The notes under the pieces: model-generated | Told to the model about the DNA's origin: nothing | Database searches by the model: none | The model's input: the letters and a program-made list of their open reading frames with translations, nothing else | In this document: positions 35,845 to 47,899 of the stretch, in pieces | How positions within the stretch are numbered: the first letter of the stretch is position 1 | Layout: each line of letters begins with the position of its first letter | Translations under genes and position numbers: made by a program | NCBI RefSeq assembly: GCF_036365525.1 | Contig: NC_090404.1 | Location: 5,952,001-6,016,000, forward strand | Direction of reading: 5' to 3' | DNA: 64,000 nucleotides | DNA from: Heterodontus francisci | Lineage: Eukaryota

Positions 35845-36030
35845 TAAAAACAGGAAGTGCTGGAAATACTCAGCAGGTCTGGCAGCATCTGTGGAGAGAA
35901 AAAGAGAGCTAATGTTTCAGGTCTGTGAACTCCGCTTCTCTCTCCACAGATGCTGCCAGACCTGCAGAGTATTTCCGGCATTTTCTGTTTTTATTTCAGA
36001 TTTCCAGCATCCGCAGCATTTTGTCTTCTT
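35845..36030. repeat. Short interspersed repeat in an inverted (hairpin) arrangement; related copies near 7322, 39575, 46572, 51820, 60401 and 63460
   Basis: gctggaaatactcagcaggtctggcagcatctgtggagag followed by its reverse complement. Confidence 0.7.
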
Positions 36031-36815
36031 ATTGAGCGTCATTTCAAATCAAATAGATGAAAATGGAAGTTACTACAATATTCGTATCAGTGGTGGGTTA
36101 ATCCATACCCCCAGTAAACATCTCGCCACGACAAATAAATCGAAATATTACAGATGATTTCGGGAGCGAATATATTGTTCGTTAAATTTGGCAAACACGC
36201 AGTTAGCAGAAGCCACCACCAGGCGGCGCGCCTGTCCGGTCTGCACTTTCCACATTGATGCTGGATTTAAAAGGACAATCAGAAATTGCAGTTTCCGTTT
36301 GTTTCGTACAGTAAATCCACAGTGACCAGAGAATATAGGGACATCACGTTAAATATAAAGTGAACAAACAAGGGAAGGAAATATGAAGTTATTATTCTTT
36401 TAAAGGAGTAAGCAATGAGAAAGATTGAGGAGTTCATATAAATAAGGTTTGCAACAATGCTGTAAAATTCTATGATTTCAGACTACACGAAAGAAATAGA
36501 CCGAGATCAAATCATCCTGAACTATTTAATTGGTCACTACTCAGCGCAAGAAGAGAAATTCCTTCCAAGTGATGGTTCAAGAATATTTGTTGTTTTGAGA
36601 AACAGCCAATCCCTGAGAGGCACAGTGAATGACGTCTGGGGGTGACACCATCCCAGAATAGTCCGATTGGTGAAAGCCGCCCATCAGTCTCACACTGTCC
36701 GAGGAGAATGTAAAGTTCCTCCCCCTCCTCACCATTGAGAGTCTGGGACTCGGCAGCAAGTCCTAGTCTGGAAATCAGACCCTGATTGATCCGCCTTTTG
36801 TCCATCTTCACCGTC

Positions 36816-37263
36816 ATGAACAGAAACCTCCGCAAAAACCGGGTTCCAGTTGGAGTTCTGGTGCTGCTGATGTTGTGTGAGTTTATTTATCTGATCAGAG
36901 ACTTTGTTTCACCAATCTCTTAATACCTTATGGTTGTTGAGTGATTTTGTTTTGTTCACAGCCGTTCTTTGTGAGGATCAGAGTTCACACCCTGAGCAGG
37001 TGGTGTCTCGGGAAGGGGAACGGGTTGAACTGGACTGCCGGCTCTCCATTGCTGCTGGGGATACAGTCGGCTGGTACAGAGAAACACTGACAGGGGCACC
37101 GACATTTACCAGGAGACTGAGACTACAGGACGCTAGACACCGTGCTTGGACCGAGTAAAATAGGTCTAACACCATCTCGAAAGATGACACCACAGCCCAA
37201 GACTGTATCACTGTGCCATGGGGACACAATGAGGCAAAGAGCGGATCCAGCTGCACAATATCT
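36816..37263 (+). pseudogene. TCR-type V pseudogene with leader (36816-36876) and 23-RSS (37225-37263)
   Basis: MNRNLRKNRVPVGVLVLLML|gtgagt; EQVVSREGERVELDC...VGWYRE, then frameshifts; CACAATG-23-ACAATATCT; CCAAT and TGACGTCT upstream (36606-36637). Confidence 0.75.
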
Positions 37264-37579
37264 TGCTAAGTGCCATGTCTCCGCTGCACCGTTAACCTTT
37301 CCCCAAACCAAGCCCTTTGGAAGTGTTGGTGATATTCAGAAATGTTATTGGCTCGTGTTTAAACTTCCCTCTGGATAAAGTTACATCATTCTATAGCTGT
37401 TACTACATATACAGTCTATCGAACCATATTAACAAAGATATTCTATGTTTAATTGCACAGCATACAGAATAAATACATGGACAGACATTGAACACTGCCT
37501 CTCACACAGAGGTATGTGGATAAATAGAACAAGAGGGAGGGAGGTAGATTAATATATAGAACAAGAGGGATCGATATAG

Positions 37580-37670
37580 GTAGGTGGATAGATAGATAGT
37601 TATACCGATTGATAGACCGACAGGTAGGTAGATAGATCTATAGATAGATCGATAGATAGCTATGTAGATT
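37580..37670. repeat. (GATA)n-type microsatellite
   Basis: Imperfect tagatagataga run. Confidence 0.7.
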
Positions 37671-37739
37671 AGTCCATTTTTCCTGTAATAATTCTCTTTG
37701 CATATATCATTTTGTTAATTATTGATCTTGCTTTAACAG

Positions 37740-38053
37740 CTGTTCCTTGTCACTCGGAGACATTCCAGATGTTGGTGCATCAAGGAACCGAAGGACAAAC
37801 CATTTCACTTCATCACAATGCTACTTTCACTACAGGTGATTCTATATTCTGGTACCGACAGTTCTCCAATCAAGCTCCCCAGTATCTCCTCTCCACATAC
37901 AGAGATGAGAGAGTTGAGGGAAGGTTTAAAATATCTGTGGACAGTGAGAAAGGCTCCACCACTCTCACCGTTAGTACGGCTCGGCTGTCAGATGCTGCGG
38001 TGTATTACAGTGCAGTGAGATACGGTGAAACAAAGTAATGATGTACAATTACT
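37740..38053 (+). pseudogene. TCR-type V with an open frame but both canonical Cys lost and a defective RSS
   Basis: EGQTISLHHNA...IFWYRQ...APQYLL...RLSDAAVYYSAVR; TACGGTG-17 bp-ACAATTACT. Confidence 0.8.
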
Positions 38054-38177
38054 CACTGGGCATGGGGACTGAGGAGAGAACCAGTTCACAGGTTCCAGCG
38101 CGTGGGCGATACAAGAAAAACCAGTAATAATGTAATTATAATGCGCAACAACATTATCAGAGTTATTATTTTAACAT

Positions 38178-38896
38178 AGACAGGATTCTTGGTAGTGTGG
38201 AGGAACAGAGGGATCTTGGGGTCCACGTCCATAGATCCCTCAAGGTTGCCACCCAAGTTGATAGGGTTGTTAAGAAGGCGTATGGGGTGTTGGCTGTCAT
38301 TAACAGGGGGATTGAGTTTAAGAGCCGCGAGGTTATGCTGCAGCTCTATAAAGCCCTGGTTGGACCACACTTGGAATATTGTGTTCAGTTCTGGTCGCCT
38401 CATTATAGGAAGGATGTGGAAGCTTTAGAGAGGGTGCAGAGGAGATTTACCAGGATGCTGCCTGGACTGGAGGGCATGTCTTATGAAGAAAGGTTGAGGG
38501 AGCTAGGGCTTTTCTTATTGGAGCGAAGAAGGATGAGAGGTAACTTAATAGAGGTGTACAAGATGATGAGAGGCATAGATAGAGTGGGTCGCCAGAGACT
38601 TTTTCCCAGGGCGGAAAGGGCTATCACCAGGGGGCATAATTTTAAGGTGATTGGAGGAAGGTTTCGGGGAGATGTCAGAGGTAGGTTCTTTACACAGAGA
38701 GTGGTGGGTGCGTGGAATGCGCTGCCAGCGGTGGTAGTAGAAGCAGATACATTAGGGGCATTTAAGCGACTCTTGGATAGGTACATGGATGATAGTAGAA
38801 TGAAGGGTATGTAGGTATTTTGATCTTAGAGTAGGTTAAAGGGTCGGCACAACATCGTGGGCCGAAGGGACTGTTCTGTACTGTTCTATGTTCTAT
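38178..38896 (+). mobile_element. 5'-truncated young CR1
   Basis: Uninterrupted 205-aa ORF2 C-terminus; (gttctat)n tail. Confidence 0.92.
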
Positions 38897-39879
38897 AATG
38901 AAATAATACTTACTGTTTACTTGGAATTACATTTAGTTTGTCACCATTCCGTGCCTCATCGGGCCCGATGCAGGCAGAACCTCGCTGCATATTATCTCGT
39001 GCTGTATCTACTCTTTGAGTGTTTGATGAGACAGTTTTGAAGAAGCTTTACACTGTATCTATCCTGTGGTGTACTTATCCTGGGAGTGTTTGATGGGATG
39101 GTGTAGAGAAAGCTTTACCCTGTATCTAACCCATGCTGTACCTACTCTGGGAGTGTGTGAGTAGGCAGTGCAGAGAAAGCTTTGTTCTATTCTCAACTCC
39201 TGAAGTTCCCGACTGGAATTGTTTGATATGCAATGTACTGTTTGAACAGACAGACTAGATCTCAATAGCAAAATATTAATCACCTTCGGGTCATGGAGTT
39301 AATGAATGTTACTTGATTATTCGAGAGGTTAATATACTTCTATTTTTACGAAATTATAAATCTAATCAGCAGAACTGGGGAATTATTAATGTGGTCTTTG
39401 TAATGTATGCAAATGCACATGTAATGTGTTAGTGACTGGGGCACAACAGAAAACTGAGGCCAGAAATTTCAGAATTCATGTAAAATAGCAATGGTAGTAA
39501 GAGCAAAGCAATAAAATGGCAGCAGTTAAAACAATAATAAAAATGAAACAATGACAACTATAGTACTCTAACATAATAAGAGTTCCGAAGAAGGGTCACT
39601 GACCCGAAACGTTAACTCTGTTTCTCTTTTTACAGATGCTGCCAGACCTGCTGAGTGGTTCCAGCATTTCTTGTTTTTATTTCAGATTTCCAGCATCCGC
39701 AGTATTTTGCTTTTATTATAATAAGAGTTGAGCATGATCATGGTAAATTGAAAATACAAATGTTTTACAGGCAGGATTTCATTTACAGCCTGACGCCACT
39801 AGATGGCGGTCCAGGACCTCATTTTTGGCCAAAACTTGCAGAGCTGTCAGTTTAGTGATTTTACAGGTGACCGCTGGAG

Positions 39880-40110
39880 ATTACAGGAAATATTTCTGTG
39901 TGGCACACGGCGGTATATTCACAGCAAGAGTGCGTTACAGGTATAAACAGTGAACTGTTGGGATCATTGTTTTTCATTAATCCAATGTCACTGTATTGTC
40001 TGCAGAAGAAGGATAACAGTTCTTCAAAATGGTACTTCAATGTGTTATAAACAGACAGATAGGCAGGATATTGTTTTATTATTGATGATAAATTGGAATT
40101 ATCTAGAATG
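39880..40110 (-). pseudogene. Possible highly decayed V relic
   Basis: IIKQYPAYLSV...FFCRQY...NSSLFI...YTAVCH in V-like order; CTCF-like site at 39796. Confidence 0.3.
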
Positions 40111-40539
40111 TATCTGGATTTCCAAATCCCTTCACATCCACAAGACTCAGAGTGACCAAAGCCTTCTGTCAGTGAATTAAATATTCTCACCTCACTCTGT
40201 CTAAATAATATTTCCTGCATTGGAACAGCGACGACACCTGAAAAGTATTTCCTTGGCTGTAAGGCGCCTTTGGACGTACTGAGGCCGGTAAAGGTGAAAC
40301 AGAAATAAAAGTCTGTCACTTTCTATTATAAATGTGTATTTGCTTCATTGTGATTTATCAATCGAGGGGTTAAATTTATCATCTGCCTGTTTCCACAGGG
40401 GGCAGTAGAGTTTCTACTTTCCATTTCTTTGGTTCAATCCGTGTTTGTTTGATGATCGGTCACCATCTCCTGTGAGGTCCCGGATTTCGTTCCCAATCTG
40501 CTCAAAGACTTTGTCCGCTCAATAGGGCACCCGCAAACA

Positions 40540-41770
40540 GTTTTTGTTTCTATTCTTCTATGGGATATGAGGGTCTCTGGCCAGACCAACATTGGCTGCC
40601 CATGCCTAATCGGCCTTGTGAAGGTTGTAGTGAACTGCTTCATGAACCGCTGCAGTCTGGCCGGTGTAGCTACCGCCACAGTGCTGTTAGGGAGGGAGTT
40701 CTAGGTTTCAGACAGAGCAAAAATAAAGGAACGGCGAAATAGTTCCAAATTAGGATGGTGCGCGGCTTGGAGAGGAACTTGCAGGTGGTGGCATTCCCAT
40801 GTGTCTGCTGCCCTTGTTCTTTTAGATGGTAGACGTCGCAGGTTTGGAAGGTGCTGTCGAAGGAATCTTGGTGAGTTGCTGAAGTACACACTGCTGCCAC
40901 TGTATGCCAGTGGAGGAGGGAGTGAATGGAGTGCCGATCAAACGGGCTGCTTTGTCCAGCATAGGGTTGAACCTTTTGAGTGTTGTTGGAGCTACACTTA
41001 TCCAGGCAAGCAAACAGTATTCCATCATACTGCTGACTTGTTCCTTATAGATGGTGGACAGGCTTTGGGGAGTCAGGATGTGAGTTACTCACCACAGAAT
41101 TCCAAGCCTCGGACCTGCTCATACAGCCACAATACTGAACGCCAAGGGAAGATGGTTCGATTCTCTATCGTTGGAGATGGACATTGCCTGTAAATTATGT
41201 AGTGCGAACTTTACTTGCACTTATCGGCCCAAGCCTGAATGTTGTCCTGCTTTGTGTGTGCAGGACGTACCTGGGCAAGTTTCTGCATTGTAGGGTGGAT
41301 GCCACTGTTGTAGCTGTAATGGAACAGCTTTGCTAGAGGTGCAGCCAGTTCTGGAGGAGAAGTCTTCAGTACCACAGCCGGAACGTTTTCAGGGCCCATT
41401 GACATTTCTGTATCCAGTGCTTGCAGCTATTTCTTAGCGGAAGAATCGAAATGGCTGAAGACAGGCTTCTGTGATGCTGGAAACCTCAGGAGGAGGCTGA
41501 GATAGATCATCTACTCCGCATTTCCAGCCGAAGATGGCTGTAACTAGTTCAGCCTTGTCTTTTACACTGACATACCGGGCTGCCCCTTCATTGAGGATGG
41601 GGATGTTTTTAGTGCCTTCTCTTGTGGTTAGTTGTTTAATTGTCCACCATCATACCTCACTGGATCTGACAGGACTGCAAAGCTTGATCTGATCCGTTCG
41701 TTGTGGGATTGCTTAGCTCTCTCCATCGCATGCTGCTTTTGTTGGATAGCATGTATGTAGTCTTGTTATG
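40540..41770 (-). mobile_element. Deleted copy of the LINE family seen at 50518-53893
   Basis: MGPENVPAVVLKTSPPELAAPLAKLFHYSY and DNIQAWADK match that element. Confidence 0.85.
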
Positions 41771-42319
41771 TAGCTCCACGAGGTTGGCACCTCATTTTCA
41801 GGTCTGTTGCGACCACCAACCCAGGCAACTCCCGCTGGAAGAAGGTTGGGTTTGTTTCACTCATGTAATGACTGGGCCATGGGAGACAGCGGCTCCCACA
41901 AGTGAACGCGCTGGGAAAGGCCACAATCTGCGGCACGGGCCGCGCCTTACCTTGGGAGGCAGGACTACACATGCGCACATCCACAACTGCCTGTTACATT
42001 CTCGCGCGGACCAAACTTTCTCTTTTATAGATTAAGCTCGAGCGTTTGATGTGATGCAATCTGAAACCGGGTTTCCTTTCAATTGAATTTCTTTGAAATA
42101 AACGGCAAATATGAGTAGCGGATCCCTGGAGTGATGGTCAGCGAGCTCTGGGAGATGGAATCGGAGGGATGAAACGGGTATTAAGATCCCAGGGATGGTG
42201 TCAGGGAGTTCAGAGAGATGGTGTCAGAGAGAATGGAGCAGGGAGGGAGGATCCCTGGGGTGATGTTCTGTGAGTTCAGAGAGATGGCATCCTATAGGAA
42301 CATAAGAAATAGAGTCAAA

Positions 42320-45300
42320 GAGTCATATAGTCGTACAGTCCCTTCGGCCCACCGCGTCCATGAGAACCATAATGTCTATCTATACTAATCCCACCTACCT
42401 GCATTAATTCCATATCCCTCTATGCCTTGCTCATTCAAGTACCTGTCCAGATGCCTCTTAAATTTCGCTACTGTTCCTGCCTCCACCACCTCCTCAGGCA
42501 GCTCATTCCAGATACCCACTAATTTTTGTGTGAAAAATTTACCCTTTTGATCCCCTTTAAACCTCCTCCCTCTCACCTTAAATCTATGCCCTCTAATTTT
42601 AGTCATCCCTACCATGGGAAATAGACTCTGGCTATCTACCCTATCTATGCCTCTCATAATTTTATATACCTCTATCATGTCCCCTCTCAGCCTCCTTCGC
42701 TCCAGGGAAAACAGACCTAGCCTATCCAATCTCTCTTTATAACTCAAGCCCTCCAAACCAGGCAACATCCTTGTGAATCTTTTCTGCCCCCACTCTAGCT
42801 TAATCACATCTTTCCTGTAGTGCGGAGACCAGAACTGCACACAGTACTCCAAATGCGGCCTCACCAACGTTATGTAGAACTGTAACATGACGTCCCAACT
42901 CTTGTACTCAATGCCTCGGCCGATGAAGGCAAGCATGCCGTACACCTTATTCACCACCCTATCTACCTGTGTCGCCACTTTCAGTGAACTATGTACTTGC
43001 ATCCCAAGGTTTGTCTGCTCAACAACAGTCCCCAGGGCCCTGCCATACACTGTATATGTCCTGCCCTGGTTTAACTTCCCAAAATGCATCACTTCACACT
43101 TGTCTGCGTTAAATTCCATTTTCCAATCCCTTGCCCACTTTCCCCGTTGATCTATATCCTGTTGTAACCTTAGACAACCTTCTTCACTGTCCACTATACC
43201 ACCAATTTTGGTGTCATCTGCAAACTTACAAATTATGCCCCTTACATTCACATCCAAGTCATTAATATATATGACAAACAACAGAGGGCCCAGCACCGAT
43301 CCCTGCAGCACACCACTGATCACTGGCCTCCAATCTGAAAAACAACCCTCCACTACCACCCTCTGCCTCCTATCACCAAGCCAATTCTGTATCCAATTTG
43401 CTAATACACCCTGGATCCCATGTGCTCGAACCTTCTGGACCAGCCTACCATGCGGGACCTTGTCAAAGGCCTTGCTAAAGTCCATGTAGACAACGTCCAT
43501 CGCCCTGCCCTCGTCAATCCTCTTGGTCACCTCCTCGAAAAACTCAGTGAAATTCGTGAGGCATGATTTCCCACGCACAAAGCCGTGCTAACTATCCCTA
43601 ATCAGACCATGTCTTTCCAGATGCATATACATCCTGTCTCCCAAAATCCCTTCCAATAACTTTCCCACCACTGATGTAAGGCTCACTGGCCTGTAGTTCC
43701 CTGGCTTATCCCTGCTGCACTTCTTAAATAAAAGCACAACATTAGCTATCCTCCAGTCTTCTGGTGACTAACGATGATACAAAAATCTCTGCCAGGGCGC
43801 CAGCAATCTCCTCCCTTGCTTCCTATAGCTTCCTAGGATACACCTGCCAGGCCCTGGGGATTTATCCAGCTTAATGTGCTTCAAAACCTCCAACACCTCC
43901 TCTTTTGTAATGTCGATGTGCTCCAGGATATCGCTGTTCCATCCCTTGAACTCACTAGCTTCTATGACCTTCTCCACGGTAAATACGGACGAGAAATATT
44001 CATTTAAGACCTCGCCCATTTCCCGTGGCTCCACACATAGATTGCCACACTGATCCTTAAGGGGGCCTACTCTCTCTCTAGCGACCCTTTTACTCTTAAT
44101 ATACTTATAGAATCTGTTAGGATTCTCCTTTATCTTATCTGCCAGGGAAATCTCATGGCCCCTTTTCGCCCTCCTAATTTCCTTCTTACGTGTAGTCCTA
44201 CATCCCCTTTGCTCCTCGAGGGACTCGCTCGATCCCAGCCACCTATACCTGACATATGCCTCCTTCTTCGTCCCGACCAGACCCTCAATATCCATCGTCA
44301 ACCAAGGTTCCCTAAACTTGTCAGCCTTTCCCTTCCATCTAACAGGAACATGCCGGCCCTGAACTCTTCCGATCTCACTTTTAAAAGCCTCCCACTTTCC
44401 AGACGTCCCTTTACCTGTAAACAGCCTCTCCAATTCAACTTTTGAGAATTCCTGTCTGATGCCATCGAAATTAGCCTTCCCCCAATTTAGGACTTCAACC
44501 TGAGGACCAGTCCTATCCTGTTCCATAACTATCTTGAAGCTAATAGAGTTATGGTCACTGGTCCCAAAGTGCTCCCCCACTGACACATCAACCACCTTCC
44601 CATGCTCATTTCCTAAAAGGAGGTCGAGTGTAGCCCCTTCTCTCGTAGGGCCATCCACATACTGCTTCAGAGAACTATCCTGGACACACTGAACAAATTC
44701 TTCCCCATCTGATCCCTTAGCACTAAGGCAGTCCCAGTTAATATTAGGGAAGTTAAAATCACCTATTACAACCCTATAATTCCTACACCTATCTGTGATT
44801 TCCCTACATATATGCTCCTCCACTTTCCTCTGCCTATTGGGGGGCCTATAGTATAATCCCATCAAAGTGATCACCCCTTTCTTATTTCTAAGTTCTACCC
44901 ATATAGCCTCACTGGACATTCCCCCGGGGATATCCTCTCGAAGTACTACCGTGCTGTTCTCCCTAATCAATAGTGCAACTCCCTCTCCTCTCTTACCTCC
45001 ACCTCTGTCACGCCGGAAGGATCGGTACCCCGGAACATTGAGCTGCCAGTCCTGCCCATCCCTCAACCACGTTTCCGTAATAGCTACAATATCACAATCC
45101 CATATTCCGATCCATGCTCTGAGTTCATCTGCCTTACCTGTAAGGCTTCTTGCATTAAAGTAAATGCAGTTTAGCCTATCAGGCCTTCCACGCTCCCTGT
45201 CCTGCCCCTGCCCGGCCTGCCTACTGGACTTGCTTGCTTTAACCTCAACTATCTCTTCAGAGAGACTACTACTTTGGGTCCCACTCCCCTGCAAGACAAG

Positions 45301-46000
45301 TTTAAACCCTCCCGAGTAGTACTAGCAAACCTCCCCGCAACGATATTGGTCCCCTTCCAGTTTAGATGCAACCCATCCTTCTTGTACAGGTCACCTCTGC
45401 ACCAGAAGAGATCCCAATGATCCAAGTAGCTGAAGCCCTCCCGCCTACATCAGCTCTTCAGCCACGCATTCATTTGCCTAATCCTCCTATTCCTACCCTC
45501 ACTAGCACGTGGCACAGGGAGTAATCCTGAGATTACAACCCTAGAGGTCCTGCTTTTTAACCTTCAGCCTAACTCCCTATATTCACTTTGGAGGACCTCA
45601 TCTCTCTTCCTACCTACGTCGTTAGTACCAATATGGACCACGACCTCTGGCTGCTCACCCTCCCCTTTCAGAATGTCCTGCAGCCACATAGAGACATCCT
45701 TGATCCTAGCACCAGGGAGGCAACATACCATCCTGGAGTCTCGTTTGTGACCACCGAAACGCCTATCTGCACCCCTTACGATAGAATCCCCTACCACTAT
45801 AGCTCTTCCAACCTTTTTCCTCCCCTGCTGTGAAGCAGAGCCCCCCCATGGTGCCACGAACTTGGCTGTTGCTGCATTTCCCCCCAACAGTATCCAAAGC
45901 GGTGTATCTGTTTGAGAGGGGGATGGCCACAGGGGACACCTGCACTACCTGCCTGCGCCTACTACTCCGTCTGGTGGTCACCCATCTCTTTACTGCCTGT
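42320..46000 (-). mobile_element. Near-full-length CR1 (esterase ORF1 remnant, endonuclease, RT)
   Basis: ORFs 45564-45887 (GDSIVR, HIGTND), 43768-45294 (APE endonuclease), 42385-43578 (RT). Confidence 0.93.
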
Positions 46001-46009
46001 GCAGCAAAT

Positions 46010-46570
46010 AGATCCAAATGTCAGCCATGCGGCCCCACGAGTCTGCTCTGCCATTCAATAAGATCATGGTTGATCTGATCTTGGCCTCAACTCCATTTTC
46101 CTGTCTACTTCCCATAACTCTAAACTCCCTTTAGATCAAAAATCCGCCTATCTCGGCCTTAAATATATTCAATGGTCTCGCTTCCACTGCTCTCTGGTAT
46201 GGAGAATTCCAAAGATTAACGATCCTGTGGGACAAGAAATTCCTCCTCATCTCCGTCTTAAATGGAAGCTCCCTTATTTTGAAACTGGGTCCCCTAGTTC
46301 TAGATTTCCCCACCACGGGAAACATCGTCTCAGCATCTACCCTCTCAACCACCTTCAGAATCTTATTTGTTTGAATATGATCACCTCTCATTCTTCTAAA
46401 CTCCAATGCATATAGGATCAACCTGCTCAACCTTTCTTCATAAGGCAAGCCCTTCATCTGAGGAATGAGCCTAGTGAACCCTCTCTGAACTGCAGAACAA
46501 AACTGTGCACATTACTCTAGGTATGGTCTCACCATTGCCCTGTACAGTTTTAGCAAGACATCCTGCTTTT
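46010..46570 (-). mobile_element. CR1 3' fragment
   Basis: ORF 46131-46457 (LPYEERLSRL...RGDH...NLWNS). Confidence 0.85.
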
Positions 46571-47899
46571 ATAAAAGCAAAATACTGCAGATGCTGAAAA
46601 TCTTAAATAACAACAAAAAGTGCTGGAAATATCCAGCAGGTCTGGCAGCATTTGTGGCGAGAGAAGCAGAATTAACGTTTCAGGCCAGTGACCTTTCATC
46701 AGAACTGGCAAAGGATAGAAATGTAATAGGTTTTAAGCAAATAAAGCGGGCTGAGGCAAAAGAGAACAAAAGGGCAGAGGGTCTCAGTGAATAATTGACA
46801 AGGAGGTCATGGGGCAAAGGCAAAGCGTATTAATGGTGTAGTGAAAGACAACGCGTTAGTGTAGAGAGGGTGTTAAATGATCGCATTATGAACAGCCCTA
46901 GCCAAAAGCACAAACATGAAAAAAAAAACAGTGGGCAGGCACATATTTAAAAAACAATTGGTGTTGACCCCATGTTGACTCTGCCTGATTGCCTTGAGTT
47001 TTTCTACATGCCCTGCTGTAGCGTCTTTAATAATAGCTTCTACCATTTTCCCTAAGACAGATGTTAAGCTAACTGGCCTGTAGTTTCCTGCTTTCTGTCT
47101 CCCTCTCTTTTTAAATTTGCTATTTGTTTAGTTTCTCCCGCATTTCCCTATTCTGCATTATAAATTCTCCTTTCCTGCCTGTTATGGGCCCACATTTGTC
47201 CTTGCTAATCTTTACCTTTTCACATACCAAAAAAATCTTTTCAGTCCGCCTTTATTTTTCTTGCTCGCTTGCATTCATATTTTCTTCTCTCTTTCTTTAT
47301 CAATTTCTTGACCACCATTTGCTGTCTTTCTGTGTAAATAATATACTGCTTTTTCTATTTGTAATATTTTGAGAATTTCATTGCACATATTGTTCACTTG
47401 AGGCTATCCTGTACACATGAACTAGCAGAGAGAGCTGAAAGAAAAAGTGAAAGTAAAGCAGAATAAAGAAGACCCCATTATGTTCAATAGCTTGCTGCCT
47501 CTGTCTCTGTCTTTGCCCAATATTTCTTACTAAACTCGGCTAAACCTTGCTCCAATCCCGAGAGCATCACACTCCTTCCAAAGTGGAAAACCTCACATTT
47601 TCCCACATTATAATCCATCTTTAAAATTTCTACACAGTTGCAACACTTAGTGTCCTACTCACAACTTGCTTTCCTACCTATCTATGTATGTCCGCAGATT
47701 TGGCTAAATACAGCTATCCATGATAATATATTGCCCCGAAAATGGCGAGCTCTTATGTCATCTAGTAACCTTTTATGTGGCACCTTATCGAATGCTTTTG
47801 GAAATCCAAGTGCACTATATCCACTCGTTCCCCTTTATCCATCCTGCTTGTTACATCCTCAAAGAGCTCTAATAAATTTGTCAAACACAATTTCCCTGC

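Noticed and set aside
41880-42060. CpG-containing patch with NRF1/ZNF143-like motifs
   Set aside because: Short, flanked by LINEs, and no associated exon identified
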